Origin: the human T2T-CHM13v2.0 reference genome, Homo sapiens
Reading direction: 5' to 3' (one strand)
DNA length: 64,000 nt
Assembly (NCBI RefSeq): GCF_009914755.1
Contig: NC_060946.1
In this document: positions 31,241 through 50,512 of the stretch, in pieces
How positions within the stretch are numbered: position 1 is the stretch's first letter
Layout: the number at the start of each line of letters is the position of its first letter
Made by a program: the position numbers and the translations under genes
The notes under the pieces: model-generated
Told to the model about the DNA's origin: nothing
The model's input: only the letters and a program-made list of their open reading frames with translations
Database searches by the model: none

Positions 31241-33367
31241 GAGTGGCGGGGACTTACTCGCTCTGCAGCCCCCTCTCCAGTCTGTGGGACATAGCAGCCT
31301 CTGTTGCAGGAGGGAAAAGAAGGCCCAGCGGCCCACGGCCAGCTGGAAGAGGGCAGCCTGGGCCCAGACTGCGGTGGGAGTGCATCTGCAGATGGGGTGC
31401 GACCACCGCTGGGACAGGCTGGGCATGTGGTCCTGCACAGCACTCAGGTGAGACGATGTCCAGGCTCCAGAGGGTGGCTCAGCGGGGAAGCCGGAGAGCC
31501 TACGTGACCCACACGAGAAGTCTTCAAGGGCCGACCCCATGGCCCACTGCACAGGCCACTGCTGGGCACCCCTGGCTGGGACCTGGATGTGCCACTTGGA
31601 ATGTCTGAGAACCGCACATCCCAGCAGGTGGCCCCCAGGCAGGTGGCCTCTGAGACCACAGGAAGTGACTGACCGTTGCTGGGTGAGTGGGGCTGGGATC
31701 TGGGGAAGCTGAGACCCTCTGGAGGGGTCCGAGTGGGGCGGGTGCCCCAGTGAAGCTCAGCACCCAAGGATGCACAGACAGGAGAGGTGGACTCCAGCCA
31801 GTGTGGGGTGCCCTGGGCAGAAACTGGGGTGATCCTTGACCACCTCGGGCCTGATCAGCTACAGGAAGGGTGGGGTTGCACCCTGCACCCCAGAGCACTG
31901 GGGAAGCTCCAGGCAGCTGCCAGGGCCTTGTCTTCAGGGCCAGGGACAGTGGCCATGACCATGAATTGTCTGAGAGGGAGGCTGGGGTCCAGCACCTGGG
32001 CCATCCGGGGAAGGGGTAGCCCACCCAGCTCCTGCTGTTCCCAGGGGACTCAGGACAGGGCTGAAGGTCTTTTATGTGACCCAGAGCCCCTGAGGGCCCC
32101 ATGGAGCTGTAGCCCCAGGACAGCCAGCAGGTGCCTAGGCCCCACAGTCAGGTGAGAACACCCCACACTCTCGGAGGGGGGCCTGGCTCAGCTGTCCGAG
32201 GCTGTGCCTTGGCCTCCTGCCCCCCAGCAATGTGTCCCTGGCACCTACTTGTTCGTGAGGAGATTCCTGGCCTCAGGCTGCCGTCCCATGTGGGTGGGTG
32301 CAGCTGGAGAGAGACGTAGGGGTGGTACTGGCTGGGACACCACCTCCCAGCCCTGCCCCCACTGTGCGAGGCTGAGACATGTGAGGGAAGGGGAGGGGGC
32401 TGCCCAGTCCTGGGGTGCCAGTGGCTGTGGACAGCAGCCTTCCATCTGCAGGGAGGCTCAGCAGACAAGTGAAGGAGGAGCCCACCCTGGCCCCAAGAGG
32501 AGTGTGTATGACCCCCAGATCCCCCCACCTGAGCCAGGCCCGGTCCTCCTGCTGCCTCCAGGCCTGTCCCTGGGGCCGTGGACTTGCCCAGCATAGCATG
32601 GGCACTCCACAGTGGCAGGTGCCAGCCCCAGGGACACCTGACCAGCAGGTGGCCATTGCCCCTTTAGTCTGTGATCTGCTGGAGGTGACCTTTGCTAGGG
32701 AGGGGGACCTAGGCTTGGCCAAAAAGTCTTGCTGGGAGAAGGGGGAGCTGAAGGTCTGCGGGTACTGCCACGGCCCTGGGCATGTCCTGTGGGCAGCAGG
32801 CTGCCCTGAAATGGCTGTGGCTCAGCTGAGCTGAGGAGACATTCCAGAGACCCCTGCCTGGCCCACTGGTGCTCCCTGGAAAGGGTCTCCAGAGGCCCTG
32901 GGTGCCAGGCTGTCCTATCCACCCCCTCCCACCCCTCCCACCTCTGTGGCTGTTGCGGTTCACCCCACCCGAAGCTAGGCAAGCTCTTTTGCTCACAGGG
33001 AGGGGTGCAGGTAGGAGTGCCAGCTCTGACCCTTCCTGGACTCCAAGGCAGAGCCACGCTCCTGACCACACCCAGGCCACATGTGCTTAGTTCTGTCCAC
33101 TGGGCAGAGTCCTGTCCTGATGTACCCTGGGTCCTGGGAGCCTGGGCCTCAGTGGCTGGTGGGCAAAGGGACATCCCAAGTCACTGGCGGTTGGAACCAG
33201 AGCTCTGATCAGGGAAGGTGGACCCCCAGGGAGGAGGAGGCAAGGCCAGTGACAGTGAGACCAGGGTGGGCGTGCGGGAGGCCCAGCGGTGTGTGGTGGA
33301 GGGAAATGCAAGGCTGGAGGGCAGTGCTGGGCACAGACCTGGGTTTGGCGCAGAAGCCTGACCTGAC

Positions 33368-33812
<445 letters not shown>

Positions 33813-33898
33813 TCAGGCTAAACACTGTCCTTCTCCCACATCCTCTCAGCACCCACAAAGCAGGGCTGGCCTCCCATCCCTCCCTGCCAGGTAGACTA

Positions 33899-34291
<393 letters not shown>

Positions 34292-34294
34292 TTA

Positions 34295-34555
<261 letters not shown>

Positions 34556-34717
34556 TTAGGCCCTTAGCTCACCCACTGTCAGACCAGGAGGGGGCTCTGA
34601 GGGACGCCTGGGAGGCTAGGCTCCAGGGCTGGGCAAGGGCCCCTGCCCCACTCCCCGCCCTGATGCCCCCTGGCCCCTCCCCAAATAGGGCACTGGCAGG
34701 CTGTGGCAGCCCCTCAC

Positions 34718-34762
34718 CTTCAGGCAGAGCTGGGGCTGGGTGTCCACCAGCGGGTACTGCAC
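34718..34762 (-). CDS. IL17REL: IL17REL exon 11: VQYPLVDTQPQLCLK
   Basis: ctcag|GTG ... AAG|gtgagg, 45 nt. Confidence 0.93.
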
Positions 34763-34781
34763 CTGAGGAGGGCTGGGGTCA

Positions 34782-35078
<297 letters not shown>

Positions 35079-35149
35079 TCAAGTGACCACTGGGCCAGGG
35101 TCCAGCGCAGTCCTCCTATGGGTCTCTGAGCCCTGGCTCAAGGCTGTGC

Positions 35150-35680
35150 ACGTGTGTGCATGGGTGCATGTGCATGTGTGTGGATATGCATGTGCATGGG
35201 TGCGTGCGCCTATGTGTGTGCCTGTGCATGGGTGTCATGGGTATGGGTGTGCGTGAGTGTGCCTGCCTGTGCATGGGTGTGTGTATGTGTACGTGTTTGC
35301 ATGGGTGTCATGGGTATGGGTGTGCGTGAGTGTGCCTGCCTGTGCATGGGTGTCATGGGTATGGGTGTGCGTGAGTGTGCCTGCCTGTGCATGGGTGTGT
35401 GTGCATGTGTACGTGTTTGCATGTGTATGGGTGTGTATGTGCATGGGTGCGTGTGCATGGGTGCGTGTCCATGGGTGTGGGTGTGCGTATGCATGGGTGT
35501 GCCTGCCTGCGCGTGGGTGTGCGTGTGCATGTGTATGTGTGTGCATGTGTATGGGCGTGTATGTTCATGGGTGTCTGTGCATGTGTGTGTGCATGTGTAT
35601 GGGCGTGTATGTTCATGGGTGTCTGTGCATGTGTATGGGCGTGTATGTTCGTGGGTGTCTGTGCATGTGTGTGTGTGCAG
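35150..35680. repeat. Intronic (TG)/CATG-rich degenerate tandem repeat
   Basis: Repeated gcatgggtgtcatgggtatgggtgtgcgtgagtgtgcctgcctgt. Confidence 0.9.
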
Positions 35681-35921
35681 CGTCGCTGAGCAGAACCGAG
35701 AGCAGGACGTCTCTCTTGTGCCCCTCAGACAGCCCCTCTTGACAGGCTTGGTTTTCCCAGGTGAGCTGGTCCACGTGCGCACACATGTACATTGCACACA
35801 CACACACACTTATGCACATCCACATCTGTGCGCAGGTTCCCTTGGTGACAAGCCCTTCCGAGCAGGCTCAGGGATTTAGGCTGGGCCTGCTCCTTATCTC
35901 ATCCCCCCACGTCAGTCCTCA

Positions 35922-36059
<138 letters not shown>

Positions 36060-36093
36060 TCAGCGCAGCCCACCCATCCCTGTGCTCCCCTCA

Positions 36094-36757
<664 letters not shown>

Positions 36758-36852
36758 TCAGGATTTCCCAAATGGGGCAGAAGACCCCGGGGAGAGGAAG
36801 CCTGTCGCAGCGTCTGAGGGTCTTCGCAGGGGCGTCGAAGGAGGGAACTCAC

Positions 36853-36897
36853 CGAGGCAGTCGGGCACGCTCCTCCCCACGTCCTCCTCTCCGCAGT
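36853..36897 (-). CDS. IL17REL: IL17REL exon 6 (45-nt cassette): DCGEEDVGRSVPDCL
   Basis: tttgcag|AC ... CTC G|gtgagt, symmetric phase 1-1, two Cys; absent from the 336-aa protein as I recall it. Confidence 0.8.
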
Positions 36898-37114
36898 CTG
36901 CAAACCGCAGAGGCAATGGCGGGGTGCGGGCTGCCCTGCCCTCAGGGGCCATCCTCCTCCACCCGCCCCCCATCCACGCGCTGTGCCTCTGTCATGCGAC
37001 CTCGAATTAAGCCAGAGGTCTTGCGGGGATCTGTCCAGTGTGAGGGCCAGGCCCCTGCCCTGGGCAAGTCCCACCCCAAGCCAGGCCCTGGAGGCTGAAC
37101 GGTAGCTGTGCTCA

Positions 37115-38003
<889 letters not shown>

Positions 38004-38654
38004 TTACTATCTTGCCCCAGGCCAACTGGAGAGCAAGTCCCCTGGCATGTGGTGAGCCCCCACCCCGAGACACACTCCAAAATGTCTGTGGGACCCCAGG
38101 AGTGGGCCCGGGTCAGGGGGGCAGGCTGCACACCAGTCTGCATCAGAGCAGTGGAAGCTGCTGCCCCACCTGGCCAGCAAGGGGGCAGGAAGCCCACCAC
38201 GACTTGCTGGCAAGCTCTGTCGACTCTGCTCAAAGACGAACAGCAGAAAAGGCCAACACGGGCTTGCTGGGACACCTGGGAGGCGACCCCAAGGTTGCTG
38301 CAGCCCAGGCCTCTGTCCACAGGGAAGCGGCCGCATCCTCACAGGGAGGACTTGCCCCCAGGGCCTTCTGCTCTGAGACCAAACGCCATTCTGAGCAGCC
38401 TCACCAGACGTGGGCAGTGTGGAGCTGGGTATCATTTTGGGCACTGGGGGCTTTGCTCAGCCAGGTTTGCAGGTGGGACTCAGAGCAGAACTTCACGTGA
38501 GCCACAGAGCCTGGCAACCCAGCTGTTCCACAGGAGGACTGCCACCCTCTTTATAGAAGGCATGGCCACCGAGGCGTGGGACCCACATGCTGTTGGTGAG
38601 ACAGTGCGGCTGCTGCTCAGCGGAGCCCACACTGAACACAGCACCCTGCTGAGG

Positions 38655-39075
38655 CAGGAGAGTAAGGAATGAGGGTAACTGGGGGTGAAGGGAGAAGCAA
38701 AAGAACAGCAGGTGCAGCCAGTTCCAGGCAAGATTAGGCAGCACAGGCCACAGCCTCCCTCCTGTGATAATGAGACTTCACTTCAGCCTCTGATTGGTTG
38801 CAGGCCGATCCTCCACAGGGTGTAACCCACTGGAAACCTCCAAAGGGCAGCTAGGAGTGTTACCAAATTCTTTTAGCTTTATGAAAACCCTGCGGAGCAC
38901 TGCATTTGGGGCCTTGGCTGCTTGCTTCGGCCTGCTCCCGCTCTGTGGAGTGCTCCTTCGCTTCAGTAAATCTGTGCCCTCCTTACTCCATTATTTTTTG
39001 TTGCTTTACTTGTGTGTTTTGTTCAACACAGCAAGAACCTAGACAACTGACGGTTGAGACCTTCCACCCAGTAAC
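38655..39075 (+). mobile_element. ERV1-type solo LTR in IL17REL intron 2 (antisense to gene)
   Basis: tgattggtt box, gctctgtggagtg...cttcagtaaatctgtgc PAS-like region, ttgttcaacacagcaagaacctagacaac near the end. Confidence 0.65.
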
Positions 39076-39138
39076 TCTGTGCCTCAAAGGGGCACTGGGA
39101 ATGAAGTCCGAATATGCTATGGGTAAGAAATCCAACTC

Positions 39139-39139
<1 letters not shown>

Positions 39140-39169
<30 letters not shown>

Positions 39170-39452
39170 TTGAGACAGTCCCGCTCTGACGCCCAGGCTG
39201 GAGCATAGTGGAGTGATCTCAGGTCACTGTAACCTCCGCCTCCCAGCTTCAAGCAATTCTCCTGCCTCAGCCTCACGAGTAGTCGGGATTACAGGCACGC
39301 ACCACCACGCCCAGCTAATTTTTGTATTTTTAATAGAGACAAGGTTTCACCATGCTGGCCAGGCTGGTCTCAAACTCCTGATCTCAGGTGATCCGCCCAC
39401 CTCGGCCTCCCAAAGTGCTGGGATAACAGGTGTGAGCCACCACGCCCAGCCA
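39140..39452 (-). mobile_element. Alu
   Basis: Alu consensus; TSD agaaatccaactct on both sides. Confidence 0.92.
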
Positions 39453-39568
39453 GAAATCCAACTCTTACAAATTCCCACTGTAGTCCGGATGGACTCACAG
39501 GGATCTGATTTATCCTCCTGCCTGAGACAGCTGGGAAACCAAGGCAAAATCCATGAGCAATGGTTTCA

Positions 39569-41050
<1,482 letters not shown>

Positions 41051-41259
41051 ATAAAGCTGGATGGTTTGGGGATAAAAAGCCAGGCTGTGCTAGGGAGTGG
41101 GGAGGGGAGTGAGGGGAGCTTTGTTCCCAAGGCTGGTGTTTCCTTCCCTTGGAGCATCATCCCCGGGGCTTGGTATGCAGCAATCTTCAGAGAAATGACT
41201 GTGCCTTAGAGCTCGGTGTGTATGTTGTCATCCATATGTGTGAGGCCAACAACTCCCCT

Positions 41260-41520
41260 TTAATCCTAGCACTTTGGGAGGCCGAGGAGGGCAGATCACC
41301 AGAGGTCAGGGGTTCGAGACCAGCCTGGCCAACATGGTGAAACCCTGTCTCTACTAAAAATACAAAAATTTGCCAGGTGTGGTGGTACACACCTGTAGTC
41401 CTAGCTACTCGGGAGGCTGAGGTAGGAGAGGAAGGGAGGCAGAGGTTGCAGTGAGAAGAGATCATGCCACTGCACTCCAGCCTGGGTGACAGAGCAAGAC
41501 TCCATCTCAAAAAAAAAAAG
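41260..41520 (+). mobile_element. Alu (5' truncated)
   Basis: Alu consensus. Confidence 0.9.
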
Positions 41521-42166
41521 ACAACCTCCTTTATGCAAGAAATGAGAAATCTGCATCTTTTGACCCTTTCTAGAAAAAAGACAAAGACTTATTCCAGGCA
41601 ACCAAGAAAGAATCAAAACCAGAAAGTAAAAAAAAAAAAAAAAAAAAAAGGTGAAGCCACGGAGGAGAAGGACTCACGGTGAGCAAGGAAAATGAGGACA
41701 TATACAGAGTTAGTGAAACGGGCGCAGGAGGAGAAGCTGCTCATTGTGAAATAAAATGTATAAAAATAAGAACAGGATCTTGTCCCAACTAAGCTGACAA
41801 AATGAAGAGGAGGCTGTGTAGAAGGAAGGGTGAGTAAAGCAGAAACACACAAGATTAGTGTGGTACAAAACAGAATTCATTGTTACTGTGTGGAAAAAAC
41901 TGTGAAACTACAATTCATCATAAACACTTAGCAATAAATATGTTTTGCCTTATTCAAAATAAGGCATAAAAATAATATCCACAGAGTCTTACTGAAAAAA
42001 CGCCTAACAGATGTGCTTGCTTCAGGAAGGAGAAGGGAGCTCAACAGGAACAAGTGGGTTACAGAAAGGAGCAGCGAGGAGCAGGGAATGGGAAAACACG
42101 ATGGGGAATTGGGAATTCAAGCTGGTGTTGACAGAGGAGGAGGCTGAGGACAACTCTGTGTGTTTA

Positions 42167-42523
<357 letters not shown>

Positions 42524-43327
42524 CTACACTTCCCTCATATGGGAGACCCGGCCATTTGCACCAACTCAACTGCTGAAAAGTACCAATTGGGCTGGAGAAA
42601 AAAACATATGTTTTTTTAAAAACCTTCCTAGAAACGTAGGAGAGCTGCGAAAATAATCAGGATGGGGGTGCTGAGGAAAGCAGGGCGTAGGAGGTTGCTT
42701 TACAGGGGTGGAGGATGGAGGGAACGTTTCCAACCCAGTGGGAGCTGAGGGCTTTGTGGGGAGGCCCCAGCACATGGTGAGGAAGAACTTCCCCACGTTG
42801 AGCTAGGCCTTGACCTGGGTTAGCCAGAGCTGGACCAACCCTCTCCCCAAAGCCCAGGCACTGTTCCAGACTCGCTGAGTGGAGGAGCAGGGAGAGAAAG
42901 CTCCCCCAAAGCCCACAACCCAGTACAGATTCACAGCCCAGGTTGGGCCCACCAGGAAGACCCATGAAACCTCAGTCTGTGAATCTGGTTTAAACGGCCC
43001 CGACAGTCAGACACTGCTCCTGGCACCACCCAGGAGCAACAGGAATCCAGCCTCCGGGAGGCCCTGAGTCCTGGGACGTTGAGCCGCTGAAGGTAAACAA
43101 GCACACCAGGAAGCAGAGAGCCCAGAGTGACGCTGTGGAGAGGGTGGGCCCAGGTGTCCTCCAGTAACAAGCCACAGGCCAAGCAGGCGAAAAAACAGGC
43201 TTGAAAATACAGGCAGCAGGAAAGGCTGTGATGAGGGACCAGGCACACTTGAGAGAAATGGAATTCCTAGAAACAAAACCACCACGACAGAATTAAAATA
43301 CAACGGGTGATTTTTAAGAGCAGATTG

Positions 43328-43644
<317 letters not shown>

Positions 43645-43926
43645 CTAAAAAACCTATATGACAATTTTCATAGATGCAGAAATTTTTCATAAAATTCAAT
43701 ACCTATTCATGATGAAAGAATGTTTAGCAAACTAGGAAAAGAAAGGCACCTCTTTGTCTAGATCAGGGACATCTAGTGCAAACATCCAATAAACTTAATA
43801 CTGAACAGTAAACCTTTGGAATCATTACTATTAATATCAGGACTCAAACAGGAATTCCCTCATTCACCATTGCCCTGGAGAGCTGAGCCAATTCCACAAG
43901 ATCCGCCCCCTCCACCCAATGCGTAG

Positions 43927-44418
<492 letters not shown>

Positions 44419-45293
44419 AATCTCCTCCCTTAAGCTTAGAGGTCCTTGAGGTGAAGAAACATTTAAGTAAAGTTTAGCCATCTATTTTTCTGTTAAATTC
44501 AAGTAAAAATAAAATAGTTTAAATGACATAAGGTAATTTCATTTCTATAAAATAATTTTTATCTGTTTATCCTGCAAATATCTGTATATTTGGCTACACA
44601 AATGTCTAGAACAGGCCAGGCATGGTGGCTCAAGTTCACAATCCCAGCACTTTGGGAGGCCGAGGCAGGAGGATCGCTTGAGCCCAGGAGTTTGAGAACA
44701 GCCTGGGTTTGGTTGACCAACCAGAGATAGGAAGACTTCAGGTCTATTCCTATGAAAATCAAAAATAAGAAAAAAAACCCCAAAATGCCTAGAGCAATGT
44801 TTGCCTAGGTAAACACTGTTTATTTCTACATGGAGGCTTTCCAGTGAGCCTTAACTTTCTTCCTTGTGGCGTCTGCATCACTCAGAGTCCTTTTATAAAT
44901 AGATACGCTGTTTAACAAAGACAAGGTAGTTGTTAAAGGCCCAGTAGGGATCACTTTACACAGGGAAAAAGCTTTGCTAGAGGAGACGGGGTTTTCCACC
45001 TGCTGCTTCTGGGCGGCCGGTTTGGAACGCAACGAGGCATTGTGCGTTAAGTGGAGACGTGGGACTCTCTGGCAGGCCCACCTCTGGCCAGGAGCCAGGG
45101 TGGCCTTGCCTGGGTGTGGCCAGGGTCCCACACGCATCGGTGAGTGATAGAGGTTTGCCCTGCCCAGAAGGGAACCCCAGCTGCTGGGGACACTGCAGGA
45201 CAGACCTGCCTCCCACGGTGGACAAAGCGGCCCTGGTAGCCTGGGGTGGGGAGTCCAGGCCCTGAGCATCCCCCGGGGCTGAGATGTACTCAC

Positions 45294-45321
45294 GGTTCCT
45301 GTGGCTCCTGCAGGCAAAGCC
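45294..45321 (-). CDS. IL17REL: IL17REL exon 2 (28-nt micro-exon): GFACRSHRN
   Basis: ctgttctgtccccag|GGC ... AAC C|gtgagt; phase 0 to 1 bridges exons 1 and 3 exactly. Confidence 0.85.
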
Positions 45322-46551
45322 CTGGGGACAGAACAGTGAGAGGGGTGAGCGGCTGAGGGCACCCCCTCCCCAGCCCATCCTGCTCCTGCCCTGTCCCTCA
45401 CTCCTGGGGGTCCTGGGCTGCCCTGAATCCTGGCTTCTCCTCAGTGTCAGGGGCCTGGCCCAAGGCTGGCATGCGGCGGTCACTTAGTAAACAGTGTGGT
45501 CTGAATCCCTCTGGACCCTCAGGCCCCAGCTCCCCGACCCACTTGTGCGTTTAAGTGGACACTAGCAGAGCACCCACTACGTGCCAGGCTCGCTTAGGTG
45601 CTGGGATTCATGAACAGAGGAAAACTGAACCATCCCCACCTCTCCAGGAGCTCACATTCCGAGAAGGGGGAGACAGAACGATCCGAAACCTGGGAAATCA
45701 GCAACTTATATTCTGTGTAACTAAAATAAAGGGGTGGGAAAATAACAGAGGGGTCAGGAGGAGCAAGAGGGGTCCGGATAGTGTGGGGGGTGCAGGTTAT
45801 AAATCTAAGGGGTGCTTGGGGGGCCTCATAGAGGTCAATTTCATGGGCCTGGAAGCAAGTGAGGCTGAGTTGGTGGTGCGGGGCGGGGGCATGCCGTGCA
45901 GTGAACAGGTCCTGGATGGTCCAGGTCCAAGCTGCACTCCTGATTTATGATCATCCCCAGCCCAACCTGACCAAGGGCACTCAAAGAGGGGCATGAGGAC
46001 TTGTGGCCAGGCTCCCACGGGGCAGAAGGGTCCTGTGGGACAGGCTGCTCGCAGACAGCCTGTGGGTGAGGCAGAAGGCGCCCGGCACCCCGGCACCAAC
46101 GGCGTGGGAGCTGAGGTCCGAGAGCACAGGGTGGCACTGGCGCCCTCAGAGCAGGGCAGGACCCCCAGAGTCCAGGCCCCCTGGGGGCGGCCACTGAGCC
46201 TGGGGTGTTGGACTGTGCAGCCCGCGGTCAACACAGCCGCTCCATTCTTGAAAAGAGCTGACCCTCTACAGACCGGACGGGGAAGCCCAGGCTGTCGGGG
46301 TGGGGGTGGGGGTGGGGGGAGCTCAAGATGGAGACCTGGACTTCTGCTCCTAGCCCAGGTGGGAACACGGAAAAATAAAAGTCGGGCCCACTTCTGTTCC
46401 TTGAATTGTGGAGCGGGCATTACCGGTGGCTACACCTCCTTCTAAATATTTTTTATTTTGGAATATGTTTAGATTTACAGAGAGTTTACCCAGGATCCCC
46501 TCATCTCAACAGTTTCCCGTGCATCTGCAAAACCTGGGGAGCCACATGGGT

Positions 46552-46911
46552 GGCGGCAGTCAGTGACCCTCAGTCTGGTGTGGAATCGGCGGCAGTCAGT
46601 GACCCTCAGTCTGGTGTGGAATCGGCGGCAGTCAGTGACCCTCAGTCTGGTGTGGAATCGGCGGCAGTCAGTGACCCTCAGTCTGGTGTGGAATCGGCGG
46701 CAGTCAGTGACCCTCAGTCTGGTGTGGAATCGGCGGCAGTCAGTGACCCTCAGTCTGGTGTGGAATCGGCGGCAGTCAGTGACCCTCAGTCTGGTGTGGA
46801 ATCGGCGGCAGTCAGTGACCCTCAGTCTGGTGTGGAATCGGCGGCAGTCAGTGACCCTCAGTCTGGTGTGGAATCGGCGGCAGTCAGTGACCCTCAGTCT
46901 GGTGTGGAATC
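46552..46911. repeat. Perfect 36-bp VNTR x10 in IL17REL intron 1
   Basis: ggcggcagtcagtgaccctcagtctggtgtggaatc x10, identical; flanks resemble an old L1MC fragment. Confidence 0.97.
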
Positions 46912-47049
46912 ACGTGCTACTAGTGAACTGTTTTCTGTTCCAGGGTCCAGCCCAGGACCCCACCCTGCAGATGGCCTCTGAGTCTTCGTTCTCACCCCAC
47001 CGTCTCTACCCATTTGCCGACCACCCCAATAACTCCCCAGAGACTGCCG

Positions 47050-48050
47050 TGAGTGACCCTCCTCCGCCTGCCATGGCCACGAAACCCGCCGCCCGTGGGC
47101 GGAGTATACAGGCTGGACCCAGCGTCCTGATGGAAGCCCCGGCCTCGGCCCCTGGTGGGGAGCAGGGCCTCAAACGAGGGGCCGGCGGAGCTGACCCCAG
47201 GCTGCTGAGGGCTCCGCCCAGGCAAAAGGGGCCGGGCTCACCCGGGGCAGCCTCTGGGGAACGGGATCCGAGCAGGCCTCAGGTGGGCAGGCGAGGGCAG
47301 CCCAGACCAGCCCGGGCACAGAGGGAGCGGCGGAGGCAGCGCGGGGAGGCCCAGTGAGGCCGCCTGTGTGGAACTGCAGGGGGGCAGTGGCGTGGGTCCC
47401 CGGGCCTCCCTCCCGCCAGGTGCCCTGAAGCCCCTCTGGGCGCCCACTGTGGCCTGGACTCCCCGCATCCACCTTCAGGAGAGAAAGAATCCCCGCTGGG
47501 GGCTCGGAGGCCGGGGTGGGCTGGAGAGGCGAAGGGCGTCTGCTCTCTCTCCTGACTTCCTGGACTCTGAAGCCCACCCAGGGCTGGCCCCGTGGCCCGA
47601 GTGTCTGGGGCTGCAGGAGAAGCCGCTGTCGGGGGCGCGGAACGTCGCGCGGTTCTGCCCCGCCCCTGCCCCACGGCACGGGGAGCGGGACCCGGGCGCG
47701 CTGGGGGGAAGGTGGGGGGAGCGGGGGCGGGGGGGGCTGAGCCCGGGCGCTGGGCGCCTCCCCCGCACGGGGTTTTCCGTCGTGCTTCTCGGGGCTTCCC
47801 AGCGGCCGGCGTCGGGGGGTGTGCAGGGAACCCCCAGGGCGGCTGCTCGCGGCCCCACCCCGCCCAAGCTCCCCTGCATGCGGCCCAGCCTCCCGCCGTC
47901 ACCCGCGCGGGTCCCCCCCCAGGGCGCGGCTGTAGCCCCAGCCTCCCCTCCCTGGCTTCCCCCCGCGGGCAGGGGCTCCCGCGCCCCCTCGCAACCACCG
48001 CCCTGTCCAGGGCTGCCCAGGCAGCGCCCCTACACCCACCTCCAGCTTCC
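47050..48050. promoter_or_regulatory. CpG island in IL17REL intron 1
   Basis: Dense CpG and GC boxes; kB-like decamers at 47769-47835. Confidence 0.7.
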
Positions 48051-49377
48051 CGCTCCTCTTGTCACCCCTTGACCCCTCCTGCTCAACCCTCCCCACCCCA
48101 TCTTCCATGAGACCCTCCCTCAGCCCCGCCAAACCCCTCCTCTCCTCTCCCCTCCAGCACTTCCCCTCCTTCCTGGCCTCTTCCACCCGCCTCAGCCCCT
48201 GCCCTTGCCCCTGCCCCTTTCCTTGGAGTACTGAGGGTTCCATCTTGGTCCCCACCCATTCCCCAGGATCACCTGGCCGTCCCAGCGTGGACAGCGCGGT
48301 CACACCTCGGACCGGGAGGCTGCCTGCATACCCCGCAGCCGCCTCAGCAAAGCTTTCCAGCTTGCACTTCAAGGCCGCCTCCCCCCATGTCTCCCAACTC
48401 AGGGACCATTTCCTCCCAGAGGCAAAAGTCGATTCTGAGGTCTCATCTCTCGCTTCTCCTTCCCCCTCCTAGCCAGGATCCCCAGGCCTGCCCCCTCCCT
48501 GTTTTCCATCTCCACTGCAGGGTGGCATCCGGTGGACACCCCTCCCACCTGAACCCGCCCATCTCCCCTGCTGCCACCGGTTCCCACGCATCCCAGCCTG
48601 CTTTCTTCCTTGTTCCACGAATGCCCTGTGGATCTGAGCCTGCCCATGGCACCCAGCACTCCAGCCCTTGCTGCTCCCCTCCCTGAGCTGAGCCCTCTGC
48701 TGGACCCGTCTCAGGCCCTGTGGAGCTGCTGGATGTCCCCGCAAGTGTCCCCTGAGGTGACCAGGCCACCACCCTAAAGGCACATCTTGCTAACTGCTGT
48801 CCCCATGCCAGGAACGGTGCACCCAGCAGGTCCTCAGTGAGTCCTCCCTTTCCGGGACACCTTCTGTGCCCTTTCCATGCCTGTGTCCCCACTGTGCCCG
48901 GCCAGCCTTGGGCACCGGGGCCCCTTCCTGGGACGCTGGGTACACTTCCTGCTGCAGGTGCTGATGAAGCGCCCTCTCCTGTAAGGCTGAGTGAGTGGGC
49001 TGTGCAGTGAGAGCCCTCCACCCCAACCCAGCCACCTCCACTGCCAACATCTCATTCTCAGCACGTTCTCCGAGTGTTTCCTTGGCAGGTGTCTACACAA
49101 GCCCAGGTGTTGCGGGCTCCCGATGGCTCAGAGCAGCCGAGCGGGGTGGGGTGGGAGCCCCGGATGGGCTTGCGGGCTGCCCTAGATTCTAACACAGCCT
49201 CCTTGGAGGTCACAGGTGGGTCCGAGGTGGGCTCACCCTGCCTTGAGCTTCCAGCAAACACTTCCCGGAGCAGCTCGGCAGGGTCAGGCCAGGTCTCCCA
49301 TCCTTCTTTCACCAGCGCTGCCCTCGGACCCCCCAGGGCCCTGCAACCCCTCACCTGCTGATGTGCTGAGAGCGTCA

Positions 49378-50040
<663 letters not shown>

Positions 50041-50451
50041 TCATACCCCAGAGCCCCTGGCTTCAGCCCCAGCCCCTAAGGGGAGCCCTCTCCTAAGACC
50101 TGAGATTCCACCCAAGTCCCTGGCCTCCACCTCCCCTCAAGATGCAAAAGGCCACCTCCCCTGTGTGGTCCTCCCTATGAGCCCCCCCCCACTCCGGAGG
50201 GCACCCCCCGAGGCTGGGAACTCTGGGGCCCAGCCTCTGCTCAGGGAGCCGTTCTGTGTCATCTTCTTATTTGGAGCATCAAATGCATAGGAAAGTTTCT
50301 GGGCAGAAGCTTACTGCTTCCCATTTGCCTCCAGCCAGGGCAGGGGGTTGGAGAGAACCAGGGTGCAGTTCTTGGGTCCTCCTGGCTCCTCCCTTCCTGG
50401 ACAGGCACAGAGGCTTCTGCACCTGCCTCAGGTTCTGGGAGGGCACTGCCC

Positions 50452-50454
<3 letters not shown>

Positions 50455-50501
<47 letters not shown>

Positions 50502-50512
50502 TGTGTGTGTGT
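50455..50512. repeat. (GT)n microsatellite ~0.9 kb upstream of the IL17REL ATG
   Basis: Seen directly. Confidence 0.95.

Noticed and set aside
29900-33360. Search for a downstream transmembrane or SEFIR exon of IL17REL
   Set aside because: No hydrophobic helix or SEFIR-like peptide seen in the minus-strand ORFs; treated as 3' UTR/flank, although short exons could be missed
46406-47357. ORFs with 12-aa repeats, and the array as a possible CRISPR
   Set aside because: Head-to-tail 36-bp VNTR with no spacers or cas genes, in human intronic DNA
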